NCBI GenBank assembly: GCA_963796965.1
Contig: CAWCNS010000002.1
Coordinates: 128,001 to 192,000, forward strand
Length of the DNA stretch: 64,000 nt
Source: Calditrichia bacterium
GTDB lineage: Bacteria; Calditrichota; Calditrichia; JAJRVZ01
Direction: 5' to 3'
A program made the position numbers and the translations under genes. Position 1 is the stretch's first letter; each line of letters starts with the position of its first letter. The notes beneath the pieces were generated by a model. That model had not been told where the DNA came from, did no database searches, and worked only from the letters and a program-made list of their open reading frames with translations. Positions 22,116 to 31,743 of the stretch are shown here, piece by piece.

Positions 22116-22354
22116 ATGCCAATTCAATTTCCAATTCCAAATTCCAGATCCCAAATCTTTCATATTTAATCCCAATCTTGATTGATACAATCTTGAAAAT
22201 ATTAATTCACATAGTTATAGATTCACCCTTTGATCATTTTAGTATGACCGCTCGCAAACGGCCACGACAGGTTGCCAATTGACTCTCAAATATGGCATAT
22301 CCCTTGTCTTGCATTCCAAATCCAATTTTCAGTTTTCAAGTATTCAATCTACAA

Positions 22355-23032
22355 TCACGGATACTTCAAATACCGGCTTTGCGGATTTAAATCTACCCAG
22401 CTAGACCACCTTGTCAAAGAGGATGGGAATTCTTCGAGTTCCCGGTCTGCATATTTTCCGCTAATACAGGTTAAACCATCTTTTCCTTCAAGATGATACC
22501 AAAGGCTCTCTGTTTCATAATCAAAAAGAACAAAAGTATTCCGGTAAGTCCAGCCACTTGCACTCAAAGTTAAAATATCACCATCAATTTCCCGACTGTA
22601 CACGGCAGTCAATCCTACCAGAGGTCAGTAGGCAACCGCGACGTGTTGATCTCCGAATACTTCATCCGCAACCTCATGCCGGCTCAATACGCTAAGGGGA
22701 TAGGCCCGCGTCTCCCTGTTAAGTATTGTCCCGATGACCAGTTGATCATTGTTTTTCGCTGGGTAACCAGCATCCCCCGGATTTAACATCTCTGGTTCGA
22801 GAATTGGTCGGATGGCAAAGGGTCCTAATCCATATTGAAATTGAGACGCCACAAAATTATAGTTCTCTACAGCGTGTGTTACATCCCATTCTTTACCCGT
22901 ATGATCCTTTATCAGTATTTTTTTTCCACGTTCGACAACCTCGGCGTTATCTGCTGATGAAGTCGTCACTTCACAGCCTGATATAAAAATAATAAGCAAG
23001 ACGGCATAAACCTGAACTATTTTCCTGAACAT
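22355..23032 (-). CDS. DUF3179-like lipoprotein, probable selenoprotein (225 aa, UGA=Sec at codon 136, 22625-22627)
   Basis: ORFs 22625-23032 and 22355-22612 are in frame and separated only by TGA + CCT CTG GTA GGA. AVAY-U-PLVGLTAVYSR aligns with AIAY-C-PLVNLTAVYSR of the neighbouring paralog. Lipobox ISGC; AAAGGA RBS. Confidence 0.85.
22592..22612 (-). promoter_or_regulatory. Candidate bacterial SECIS hairpin
   Basis: UUGACUG-CCGUGUA-CAGUCGG stem-loop starting 12 nt 3' of the in-frame UGA. Confidence 0.65.
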
Positions 23033-23215
23033 GACGTTCCTTTCTAATTTATTTTCTCTTTAATAAAGGTATTCACTAATCGGAAAATAGTTAACATTTA
23101 GATGTTTAAACTGTAACAGGGATTACGTTTGCGATGGTAAATGTATACGGATGTTAATTTTGAGAGATATTTAAGTAAGTAGGCTTAGCGGATCGGAGAG
23201 GTTACAAAATGTGAT

Positions 23216-24529
23216 TCAGGTTTTCATGGCCCCGCCAAATTGTATCCCTATTTTCTGCATCAAAGGGAAAGGCGGTTCGCCGCCGGCAAAGATAAAAACA
23301 TATGAGTTTGGAATAATAATCCTTTCATCATTATCTGTTTTTAAACTTACCTCTGTGTCCCCTATATCTGAAACAGTTGTATTAAAAAGAATTTTAATTC
23401 TTTTTTCGGCAATCATTTTAGATATTTTTTCCTCATTTTTACTCTTTAAACGAAAAAATGAAGATTTACGATAAGATACCGACACCACGTTACCCTTTTG
23501 GCTTGCTAGCCCAATTGCCGCCTCAACAGCACTATCGCCACCGCCAACAACCAAAAGATGCTCATTTTGATAGGTCTCTGCATCCATCAATTTATACATG
23601 ACTTTTGACAACTCCTCTCCGGGGACATTGAGTTTACGCGGTGTACCACGCCGTCCAAGTGCTAAAATAACAAAGTCGGATTCAAATCGATGATTTTGTG
23701 TAATTACGTTAAATCCGTTTTCCATATTCTCAATCGTGATCAGTTTTTCACCGGATTTAAAATTAATATTATATTTTTGGTGTATGATTTCCCAAATTTG
23801 CAGAAGTTCCTCTTTGCTATATTCCGGCTTGTTTAAAATACCATATAGAGGCATTTCCACTGGTCGCGTCATCACGATTTTTTTACGCGGATATTGTCGG
23901 ATAGTGCCACCAGATTCCTGCTGGTCAATAAGCACATAGTTCAGATGATGTTTTTCAGCCGTTAGGGCCGCGCTCATGCCAGCCGGCCCGGCGCCAACAA
24001 TCACAATATCATACTTTCCATTGCGGTTTTTCGGAGTAATTCTCTGGGCGATATCCTCCATAACGCCCTCACCTTGAACAATCGCATTTTTTATTAATGC
24101 CAAACCGGCCAGTTCGCCGGCGATATACAGTCCAGGTATACTGCTTTGATTTTTTTCATCCAGGACCGGGATGTCATCCCTGCTTTTGATGTCTCCCAGG
24201 CCTATTTTTATACCACTTACCGGACAAGCCTCAGCACACATTCCATGTCCGACACATTTCAGGCCATTGATAATAGTTGCTTTGCCCTGAACGATACCAA
24301 GAACATTACCCTCCGGGCAAGCTTCAACACAAGTACCGCAGCCGATGCAGCGATGATAGTCAATCTGAGGATATTGCGCCACCGGCTTGTCTGCCCCGAG
24401 CAGAGTCGCTTCATTCTTTCGTTGTTTATCTTCGCGATTCCTTCGCCGAAACTTAAAAGCATAAGGTAAAAATATGATAAGGATAACCAAAACTAACACC
24501 AGCCAGATAACCATCGATTCGAAATTCAT
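23216..24529 (-). CDS. Membrane-anchored ferredoxin-domain FAD/NADP(H) oxidoreductase (TrxB/YpdA-like fold, no CxxC)
   Basis: N-terminal TM; CIGCGTCVEACP and CVGHGMCAEACP Fe-S motifs; GAGPAG (FAD); GGGDSA..SYR (NADP-type). Confidence 0.85.
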   Translation of the reverse strand: MNFESMVIWLVLVLVILIIFLPYAFKFRRRNREDKQRKNEATLLGADKPVAQYPQIDYHRCIGCGTCVEACPEGNVLGIVQGKATIINGLKCVGHGMCAEACPVSGIKIGLGDIKSRDDIPVLDEKNQSSIPGLYIAGELAGLALIKNAIVQGEGVMEDIAQRITPKNRNGKYDIVIVGAGPAGMSAALTAEKHHLNYVLIDQQESGGTIRQYPRKKIVMTRPVEMPLYGILNKPEYSKEELLQIWEIIHQKYNINFKSGEKLITIENMENGFNVITQNHRFESDFVILALGRRGTPRKLNVPGEELSKVMYKLMDAETYQNEHLLVVGGGDSAVEAAIGLASQKGNVVSVSYRKSSFFRLKSKNEEKISKMIAEKRIKILFNTTVSDIGDTEVSLKTDNDERIIIPNSYVFIFAGGEPPFPLMQKIGIQFGGAMKT

Positions 24530-24578
24530 ATGTGATCCTTCACTTATAATAACCGTGACAGAAACTTCAGATCCTCGT

Positions 24579-26219
24579 TCAGAAACGATAGCCTATTTCT
24601 ATCATAAAATTATATCCCTCTCGGTCATCACCCCAGTCATAATTATAATACCCGGAAAGATAAATACCGGACCAGATACTGAACTGACTGCTAAAACGCA
24701 TCCAGAAATTACGCCGTTTTTGCTCAAACGATAACAACTGATAAGAATTTTGTCCCCCTGTAAGACTAAAATAATGTCCTGATGGAAAGCTTTTTGTAAT
24801 AAAAACCGTTGGGATCCACCCCTCAGTATAGTAATTTGAATAGAAGCTCAGATTCATACCGGCGCTGAGTCGCTTAATCAGTAAGTTTCTTTTACGTAAA
24901 GATGCCCGCCCGGTATAAGTGATTTGTGTGTCGTTCTGACGCTTTCTGGTTCCCACCTGCAAAGAAACGGTATAATTCTTTGGAAAATAAAGGTCCAGAT
25001 CGGCACGCAAACCGAATCTGGAAGCCATATCATAATAATCTTCCGGAATATCCATTGTCTCATAAGTGTAATAATTTTTTCGGTCATCAAATGATAGGCC
25101 GGCTATCACGATATCTGAAAAGCGATAACGCGCGGACAAATAAAGTGATGAAAGTGAAACCGCTTCACCGGTTTTTTCCTCCCGCCACAATCTGTTGATA
25201 TCTACATCCACGCTGTTATAGATAAATAATCTGTTTTTAAAGCTAAAACTTGATTGAAAGTACAGATTTTCTCTACTTATTGTTTTTCCATTATACTCAC
25301 TATTTAGAGCAAGGGATGTTTCAATCTTTGATGCACCTTTTCTGTCTGACCGATAGCCAAACACGAGACCATATTTTTGCCGGGATCCCTCAGCACCGGC
25401 AAACTGCCAGGAAGATTTCAAACCGCCATATACACCGATATGTACTCGTGGAGATAGATTGTATTTTAAGAACAAACCATCAATATACCCTACGCCACTT
25501 ATCTGATTGGCATGAAATCTACCGATAGAATAATTGAACGCAGAGGTCGGCTCATCGTAACTGAAAGAGAAGGTATAAATCCGGTTACGAAAAGTTTCCT
25601 GAGCGATGCCTGTCGAATAAGAACGGGATCGTTTATTTCTACGCAACCGTGTCCTAATGGTAAGGTTGTAATGTTTTCCCCACATTTCTTTCGCTTTTAA
25701 ATCAAAACGCAGGGTTGGTTGGTCAAAGTCCAGATTATTACCGGACAGATCCTCAATATGGTACCATTGCAGGGAGAGACCACCACGTATCCGTGCCCAT
25801 GGTTTACTTTTATTTATCCTGCGAGTTGGCGTATCCGGTTTATTTTCTGGTGTTGTCGCTATGATTAAAGCCTCACTCACTTTTTCTTTTTTTGATATTA
25901 ATTTTGCCAGATCTCCAACCTGTAACAGCGAAGATCGATTCAGAACTTTGCATGAGGCTGAATGCTGTGAAGTATGAATAACAAGAAGGGAGGCATCAGG
26001 TTGTCCCTTTTTTTCGACGATGAGCGTATCACCCACACTTAGCCCGGCATCTTCACCTTTGTCGATATAAACATTTTCTTTCGAGAGATAATTGATGTGA
26101 CCAATGATCTCTGTTTCCTGCGCATCTAGCAGACTTGTCAGGCTAAAAAGCAGAAATAAAAGGGTATATTTCACAAACATACTAATCACCTTCTGATCTA
26201 CCATTTGGATGACAGTCAT
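24579..26219 (-). CDS. Outer-membrane beta-barrel (porin) with small N-terminal beta domain
   Basis: Signal peptide (likely start MFVKY at 26180); many amphipathic strands; C-terminal EIGYRF beta-signal; overlaps the cytochrome gene end. Confidence 0.8.
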   Translation of the reverse strand: MTVIQMVDQKVISMFVKYTLLFLLFSLTSLLDAQETEIIGHINYLSKENVYIDKGEDAGLSVGDTLIVEKKGQPDASLLVIHTSQHSASCKVLNRSSLLQVGDLAKLISKKEKVSEALIIATTPENKPDTPTRRINKSKPWARIRGGLSLQWYHIEDLSGNNLDFDQPTLRFDLKAKEMWGKHYNLTIRTRLRRNKRSRSYSTGIAQETFRNRIYTFSFSYDEPTSAFNYSIGRFHANQISGVGYIDGLFLKYNLSPRVHIGVYGGLKSSWQFAGAEGSRQKYGLVFGYRSDRKGASKIETSLALNSEYNGKTISRENLYFQSSFSFKNRLFIYNSVDVDINRLWREEKTGEAVSLSSLYLSARYRFSDIVIAGLSFDDRKNYYTYETMDIPEDYYDMASRFGLRADLDLYFPKNYTVSLQVGTRKRQNDTQITYTGRASLRKRNLLIKRLSAGMNLSFYSNYYTEGWIPTVFITKSFPSGHYFSLTGGQNSYQLLSFEQKRRNFWMRFSSQFSIWSGIYLSGYYNYDWGDDREGYNFMIEIGYRF

Positions 26220-28101
26220 AACAGGCGCTGCTCAGATAAAGATAATCGTTTCTTTCCTTATGTTTCTCATCCATATCCGTTTTGTTATGTTCATGGCAAA
26301 AAATACATTCAAATTGTTTAAAATCAGATGGGGCCATATGGCAATCGGCACAGGTATCCCATTTTTCCCGATGCGCCCCGGAATAAATCGGGAAATACTG
26401 AGCATCATGATCCCAGGTTGTCTGATCCCAGGCAGTCGTATTATGGCAATTCTCACAAGTAACCGGAAATGCTGCAGCTATGTGGTTGGGATCATTAGTC
26501 CCATTATAATCGTCTTCATGGCAGGACAAACACTCCGTAGGAAGACCTGTGTACTGTCCATTCTTATGGCAATCCGTACAATTGGTCCGGAGATGAGCAC
26601 CGGTCAAAGGGAAATTAGTATCATCATGATTAAATGTGGCCGGCGACCAGGCTAGTTCGCTGTGACATTGCCGGCAATCATGAGAATATTGTCCCTGTAA
26701 ATGATTAGGATCAGTGACATCCACATAATCGTTTTCATGACAGGACCAACAGTCGGTAGGAATTCCGGTGTATTGACCATTGACATGGCAGCCGCTGCAG
26801 GCGACAGAAACATGAACACCAACTAACGGGAATTTTGTCAGATCATGATCAAAGGTCGCCGGTGACCAGGCAAGATCACTGTGGCATTGCAGGCAGTCAT
26901 GAGAGAACTGTCCCTGTGTATGATTGGGATCGGTGACACCCAAATAATCATTTTCATGGCAAGACCAGCAGTCAGTTGGGAGTCCGGTGTATTGACCATT
27001 AACATGACAACCATTGCAGGAGACAGAAACATGTGCACCGCTTAACGGAAATTGCGTCTGGTTATGATCGAAGGTTGCTGGTGACCATACCATTTCACTA
27101 TGACATACAAGGCAATCATAAGAAAATTGACCCGTGACATGATCAGGATCTTTTACCCCCTTAAAATCTGTCTCATGACAACCAAAACAGTCACGCGGTA
27201 GACCACTGATCTGATTATTTACATGGCAATTTATACATTGTATGGTCAGATGAGCGCCGCGAAGTTCAAAGCCAGATGCATTTAGGTGGTCAAAAACGGC
27301 ATCGTCCCAACGACTTTCATTATGGCAGGTTTCGCAGGTTGTCGGAAAACCGAATTTGACATGATCCGGATCTTGGGAAGAAGAATATTCTTCCATATGG
27401 CAGTCTTCACACCGGTTTGCTGTACCGGCAAATCCTGTTTGATGACAGTTATTACAATCGACCCTCAGATGAGCGCCGTTTAACAGAAATATCTGGGGAT
27501 GGAGATAATTAGTATGATACCACGAGGGTGCTGCCAGGGAATGACAGGACTCACAATCATTTGTAAATTCTGCCTGGATATGATTTGGATTTGTAGATGA
27601 ACGGTAAACCTGATAATGACATTGATCACAGGTCAGCGGTGTCGTTTTATACTCGTAGGGATCACTCCTTGAATGACAAGACTCGCAGTCCACAATAGCA
27701 TGGACGCCTACCAGGGGAAATCTCGTCGCACTATGCGTCTCAAATATTTCCTGAACATTATTCCAGGAGGCCGGTGTATGACAGTCCTGGCACTGAAAAC
27801 CTAATTCCGATTTATGTACATCTTCATGGCAGTCAATACAGGAGACACCAATATGTGAGAAAATTAAAATTGAGTGACAATCCCGGCAGGCGGTCCGGCG
27901 ATGTTGACCGTGCAATTTAAATCCTGTTGTTTCATGGTTAAAACGCATCGAATCAGGCTGCACTTGCCAATTTCGGGTGTTGTGGCACAACGAACATTCC
28001 ATATCGATACTACCATGAGGATTTTTCCCCGTCTCTTGCTCCGTCTGGATCAATGTCAGAAAAGATGTTGATATCATGGCTAACACAACGAGTAATTTCA
28101 T
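26182..28101 (-). CDS. Multiheme c-type cytochrome, 25 CxxCH motifs, 73-aa triheme repeats
   Basis: 25 CxxCH counted by hand; repeated FDH..T.FPL.GAH units; N-terminal signal. Confidence 0.95.
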   Translation of the reverse strand: MKLLVVLAMISTSFLTLIQTEQETGKNPHGSIDMECSLCHNTRNWQVQPDSMRFNHETTGFKLHGQHRRTACRDCHSILIFSHIGVSCIDCHEDVHKSELGFQCQDCHTPASWNNVQEIFETHSATRFPLVGVHAIVDCESCHSRSDPYEYKTTPLTCDQCHYQVYRSSTNPNHIQAEFTNDCESCHSLAAPSWYHTNYLHPQIFLLNGAHLRVDCNNCHQTGFAGTANRCEDCHMEEYSSSQDPDHVKFGFPTTCETCHNESRWDDAVFDHLNASGFELRGAHLTIQCINCHVNNQISGLPRDCFGCHETDFKGVKDPDHVTGQFSYDCLVCHSEMVWSPATFDHNQTQFPLSGAHVSVSCNGCHVNGQYTGLPTDCWSCHENDYLGVTDPNHTQGQFSHDCLQCHSDLAWSPATFDHDLTKFPLVGVHVSVACSGCHVNGQYTGIPTDCWSCHENDYVDVTDPNHLQGQYSHDCRQCHSELAWSPATFNHDDTNFPLTGAHLRTNCTDCHKNGQYTGLPTECLSCHEDDYNGTNDPNHIAAAFPVTCENCHNTTAWDQTTWDHDAQYFPIYSGAHREKWDTCADCHMAPSDFKQFECIFCHEHNKTDMDEKHKERNDYLYLSSACYDCHPNGRSEGD

Positions 28102-29795
28102 GATTTATTTCCTTCCTGATTGGCAGGGATATTACTGTGGCAGGCACTACAAGCTATGGCGAGTGGTTTATAAATTATGATTGCCTCGGAAGAATCAGAA
28201 TCTTTCTTATGGCATATAATGCATTTAAGATTTCGATGGGCACCTTCCAGTTTGAATCGGGAATCACGATCATGATCAAAGTTAACTGCACGCCAATTAG
28301 TAGATGTATGGCAGCGTTCACATTTGGTTAATCCGGCTTTACTGGTAGAAGAATCATCTTTTTCTGAAAATTGTCCGAGATGAATATCATTATGACAATC
28401 CTGACAAGATTTTTGTGCGATCTTAAATTTAAGCAGACCTTCTGTTTCCTTTCCATCACCATCCCGATGGCAACTTTTGCATTTGACAGTTTGATGTTTA
28501 CCCTCAAGTTTAAATTCTGTCTGAGTATGATCAAAAGTAATCATTTCCCAACTATTAACAGAATGACAAAACGCACATTTGTCTTTTTTCGGCTCAGATT
28601 TTACATAGCGGACATACTGCTCAGATGTTCCTTTATGCGGATCAGTATGACAACCCTTACATTCAATTGTCTTAAAGGTATATCTTTCAGTATTACTATA
28701 GGTCTTCTGATGACATCGGTTACAGGGTACAGCGAGATGTCCCCCCTCTAAAGGATAGCCGGCCTGATTATGCTCAGCCAAAGTAAAATCAGCCGGCTTA
28801 AAACCTTCTACCGTATGACAATCCTCACAGGCCCCTTTTTCCGGCCGATTGACAAACTGATGCTGATGATAATCCTGATGACAGTCCCTGCAATACCTGA
28901 ATTTTAATGCCTTTAATGTCCGGCCGGTTGAATGGCATTTGGAACATTGAACCGACTTGTGTTTAGCTACCAGAGGAAATCGGGTTTTATCATGATTAAA
29001 ACGATTATTGTTCACACCCTGCCATCCGGCTGTTGAATGACAATTGGTGCAGGAAGGACCAAGCCTCCCAAGATGAGGATCTTTATGGCAGCTGGTACAA
29101 GTCTCATATCGAATTCCAGTGTATTGTACATAGACCTTGGTAGAATTTTGAGACTTTACTGATACGTTTTTGTGGCAGGATGCGCAGGGAACCGTCAGAT
29201 GTTTGCCGGTCAAGGCGAATTTGCTCTTGTTGTGAGTAAAACTTACTCCCTGCTTCCAGCCCGACATTTTGTGGCATGTTAGACATTTTTTATCCAATTG
29301 GCCCTGGTGTTCATCCTGGTGACAGCTTAAACATTCCGATTGAAGTCCAAGAAACGTGGCGTCAAGATCTTTATGATTGGCGTGCAAGAGATCCTGATTA
29401 CTGATAAATTTTCTTTGATGACACTGACGACAATCAAGCTGCGCGTGCTTGCCCTGAAGCAGATATCCGGTCTTGGAATGATCGAAATTTTTCTGTTTCT
29501 CCTTCCACCAAATCAACTCGTACTCTCTGCCATGATGGTCGGAATGACATTGCGTACAGTTTTGATATTCTGCCTGAGCATGTAATCCCTTGTTCAGTTT
29601 GATGCGATCGTTCAACAAAACATGACAGACCAGACACCTATCTGGAGAGACTTTTTTCCCAATTTCATGGCATTTGGTACAATTTTGCATCCCTTCCAGA
29701 TCCGCATGCGGTTTGGCAAGATCACCGGGTGATAATTGAGCAGATAATTTCGCAATACCTGCCAAGAAAAGAAATGTAAAACAAAGTTTAATCAT
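28098..29795 (-). CDS. Multiheme c-type cytochrome, 20 CxxCH motifs
   Basis: 20 CxxCH counted by hand; signal peptide then QLSPGDLAKPH; ATGA overlap with the next gene. Confidence 0.95.
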   Translation of the reverse strand: MIKLCFTFLFLAGIAKLSAQLSPGDLAKPHADLEGMQNCTKCHEIGKKVSPDRCLVCHVLLNDRIKLNKGLHAQAEYQNCTQCHSDHHGREYELIWWKEKQKNFDHSKTGYLLQGKHAQLDCRQCHQRKFISNQDLLHANHKDLDATFLGLQSECLSCHQDEHQGQLDKKCLTCHKMSGWKQGVSFTHNKSKFALTGKHLTVPCASCHKNVSVKSQNSTKVYVQYTGIRYETCTSCHKDPHLGRLGPSCTNCHSTAGWQGVNNNRFNHDKTRFPLVAKHKSVQCSKCHSTGRTLKALKFRYCRDCHQDYHQHQFVNRPEKGACEDCHTVEGFKPADFTLAEHNQAGYPLEGGHLAVPCNRCHQKTYSNTERYTFKTIECKGCHTDPHKGTSEQYVRYVKSEPKKDKCAFCHSVNSWEMITFDHTQTEFKLEGKHQTVKCKSCHRDGDGKETEGLLKFKIAQKSCQDCHNDIHLGQFSEKDDSSTSKAGLTKCERCHTSTNWRAVNFDHDRDSRFKLEGAHRNLKCIICHKKDSDSSEAIIIYKPLAIACSACHSNIPANQEGNKS

Positions 29796-29844
29796 AGATG
29801 TTAAATATTAGATCATCAACAGTTATTAATCGTATAACGGTTAA

Positions 29845-30729
29845 TCAAAATATCCATGTGTACCCCAATAACACTGTTATCAGTACATGAATAATCATTA
29901 TCAGATACATGACTATGGCAAACGGTTTATGGATAACATGCCAATAATGAAATAGATTATTAATATGTTGCCATAAAGTTATTTGTCGATGCAGGATCGC
30001 TTTCTTTTTTATATTATTAACTATAATCCGCGCCTTCTTTTTTGAAATCCCGGTCAGTCGTATGATTCTTTTTTTGGCCCTTCTCATTCGCAGGGGAAGG
30101 AATAGATCACTAAGGGCAAGTGAAAGGAGGATCCTAAGGGATCCTTTCGCGGCATCGATTTTACCAATAATCATTGTATCAATTTTAGCAATATAGTCTT
30201 CATCAATATGGTAGTTGGCAAAAACTTCCCGGGAAATTTTTTGATGGATTTCTTCCATTTCTTTTAAATTTAATTCAGTTCCTGTGATTGTTCTTGGGAT
30301 TTGGATATATAAATATCTTCCCAATACACCACTCAGAGCAACGGCAACCATTGACCAGAAACTAATGGCGACAATACCATTTAATTTAAACGACGAATGT
30401 AAGACAACGAAAAGCGGACCTGAAATCCCCAAAAAGATGTGGTAATTCAGCCACACGTTTATGGAGCCCCATTTCCCTAGAATCATGGATCTTTTACGTA
30501 TAGAATAAAGTAGCATTAATATCATCATCAATGAACCAATAACGCCTAAGCCATGTCCTATTAGTCCGCCTGGCTTTATCGTCTGATGTGCATTGTGATG
30601 TGGTCTTTCCAGATAGGGTGTCAGATAATAGCCAAAGCCCCGCCAAAAATAATAGATTAAAACGCAAAATGTGGTGATATACAGGAGGATTAAAACCCAA
30701 TCGGAAAAATTTCTATTTTTTTTACTCAT
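29845..30729 (-). CDS. Inner-membrane protein with conserved His pairs (ferric-reductase-like / putative heme b quinol oxidoreductase)
   Basis: TM helices with GHGLGVIGSLMM, WLNYHIFLG...LHS, WHVIHKP...IHV. Start MSKKN at 30729 preferred over 30825. Confidence 0.75.
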   Translation of the reverse strand: MSKKNRNFSDWVLILLYITTFCVLIYYFWRGFGYYLTPYLERPHHNAHQTIKPGGLIGHGLGVIGSLMMILMLLYSIRKRSMILGKWGSINVWLNYHIFLGISGPLFVVLHSSFKLNGIVAISFWSMVAVALSGVLGRYLYIQIPRTITGTELNLKEMEEIHQKISREVFANYHIDEDYIAKIDTMIIGKIDAAKGSLRILLSLALSDLFLPLRMRRAKKRIIRLTGISKKKARIIVNNIKKKAILHRQITLWQHINNLFHYWHVIHKPFAIVMYLIMIIHVLITVLLGYTWIF

Positions 30730-31500
30730 AAGGTCAGAATACTTTATAAATGTGATAATTTTGAAAAATTTGATATCTTTTTTAGCGTGATTATTAAAAT
30801 TCGCCAGAATCTCCGTCATTCCCAATCCTGGAATTTTTCAGGACAGGATTACTTTAGATTCGAAAATAAATGGGAAGATGAAAGATGCTGAGATAAGTTT
30901 AGCCTGGCAGTTACAAAGTTCTCCCGATATATAGTAGTCCTGAAACACGTTCAGGTCAGCCAAATTCAAAATAATTATTTATTCGTATATACCTTCTTTA
31001 TTTAAACGTCTGCTGATGAATCGTTGAAATCAACAAATAAAAATTTCCCCAAATATCGTCATTTCCTTAATATAAAGATGTGATATATGTTGTATCGGTA
31101 AAAATTACAGAATTTTAAGCAATTTATCACAATTTTACATCGATGATAACACTTTCGTTGACAAAACATATTTTCTTATAAAAGAAATAGGCATAGTTTC
31201 GCTCTGCTTTTACACCGAATCAAATAAAAATATTGATTTATTAATATGAAGATAGGAGTTTTGAAAAATACCACTGCCTAGTATGAGGCAATTCTCTAAT
31301 AGTCTCAAAATCTTTAATACTAATTAGAAGATCGTATCATCTTGAATCGCGTTCAGACAGACGATCCCGCGCACATGTTTCTATTCTCAAACAAACGCAG
31401 GATATACAAATTCAAGACCTGAATCTTTCAGATCATCTAAACATATTTCAGAAATCCAAAAATATTTAAAAGAATAAGGGGTCTTAAAGATACAACAGGT

Positions 31501-31535
31501 AAAAAAAAACCGGAAATAAAGTTTATTTCCGGTTC
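31501..31535 (-). terminator. Intrinsic terminator after the small membrane protein
   Basis: Minus strand AACCGGAAATAAA-C-TTTATTTCCGG followed by a U9 tract. Confidence 0.8.
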
Positions 31536-31578
31536 ATGTTATCTATATCCTGGAGGTAGGATGTATGATAGGTATTAA

Positions 31579-31743
31579 TTAATCTAAAATAGTTTTTGTT
31601 AAAACAATCAATGCTGGTTTCAACTTGACTGAAAAGACATTAGCTAATCTTTTATAGACATCAGCCAAATCTGCAATAATGATATAGGCAAAAGGTATCA
31701 CAAATACGAGTATTACAAAGCCAATTATAACTTCCTTGATCAT
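31579..31743 (-). CDS. Small (54 aa) single-pass membrane protein, not in the ORF track
   Basis: AAGGAG RBS 6 nt before ATG; MIKEVIIGFVILVFVIPFAYIIIADLADVYKRLANVFSVKLKPALIVLTKTILD*; terminator downstream. Confidence 0.7.
   Translation of the reverse strand: MIKEVIIGFVILVFVIPFAYIIIADLADVYKRLANVFSVKLKPALIVLTKTILD

Noticed and set aside
22116..22190. N-terminal extension of the Cys DUF3179 ORF (GIWNWKLNW)
   Set aside because: Translation of a degenerate heptamer tract; it would put the lipoprotein signal too far from the start.
23216..24529. Thioredoxin reductase trxB
   Set aside because: No redox-active CxxC; it has a TM anchor and ferredoxin domain instead.
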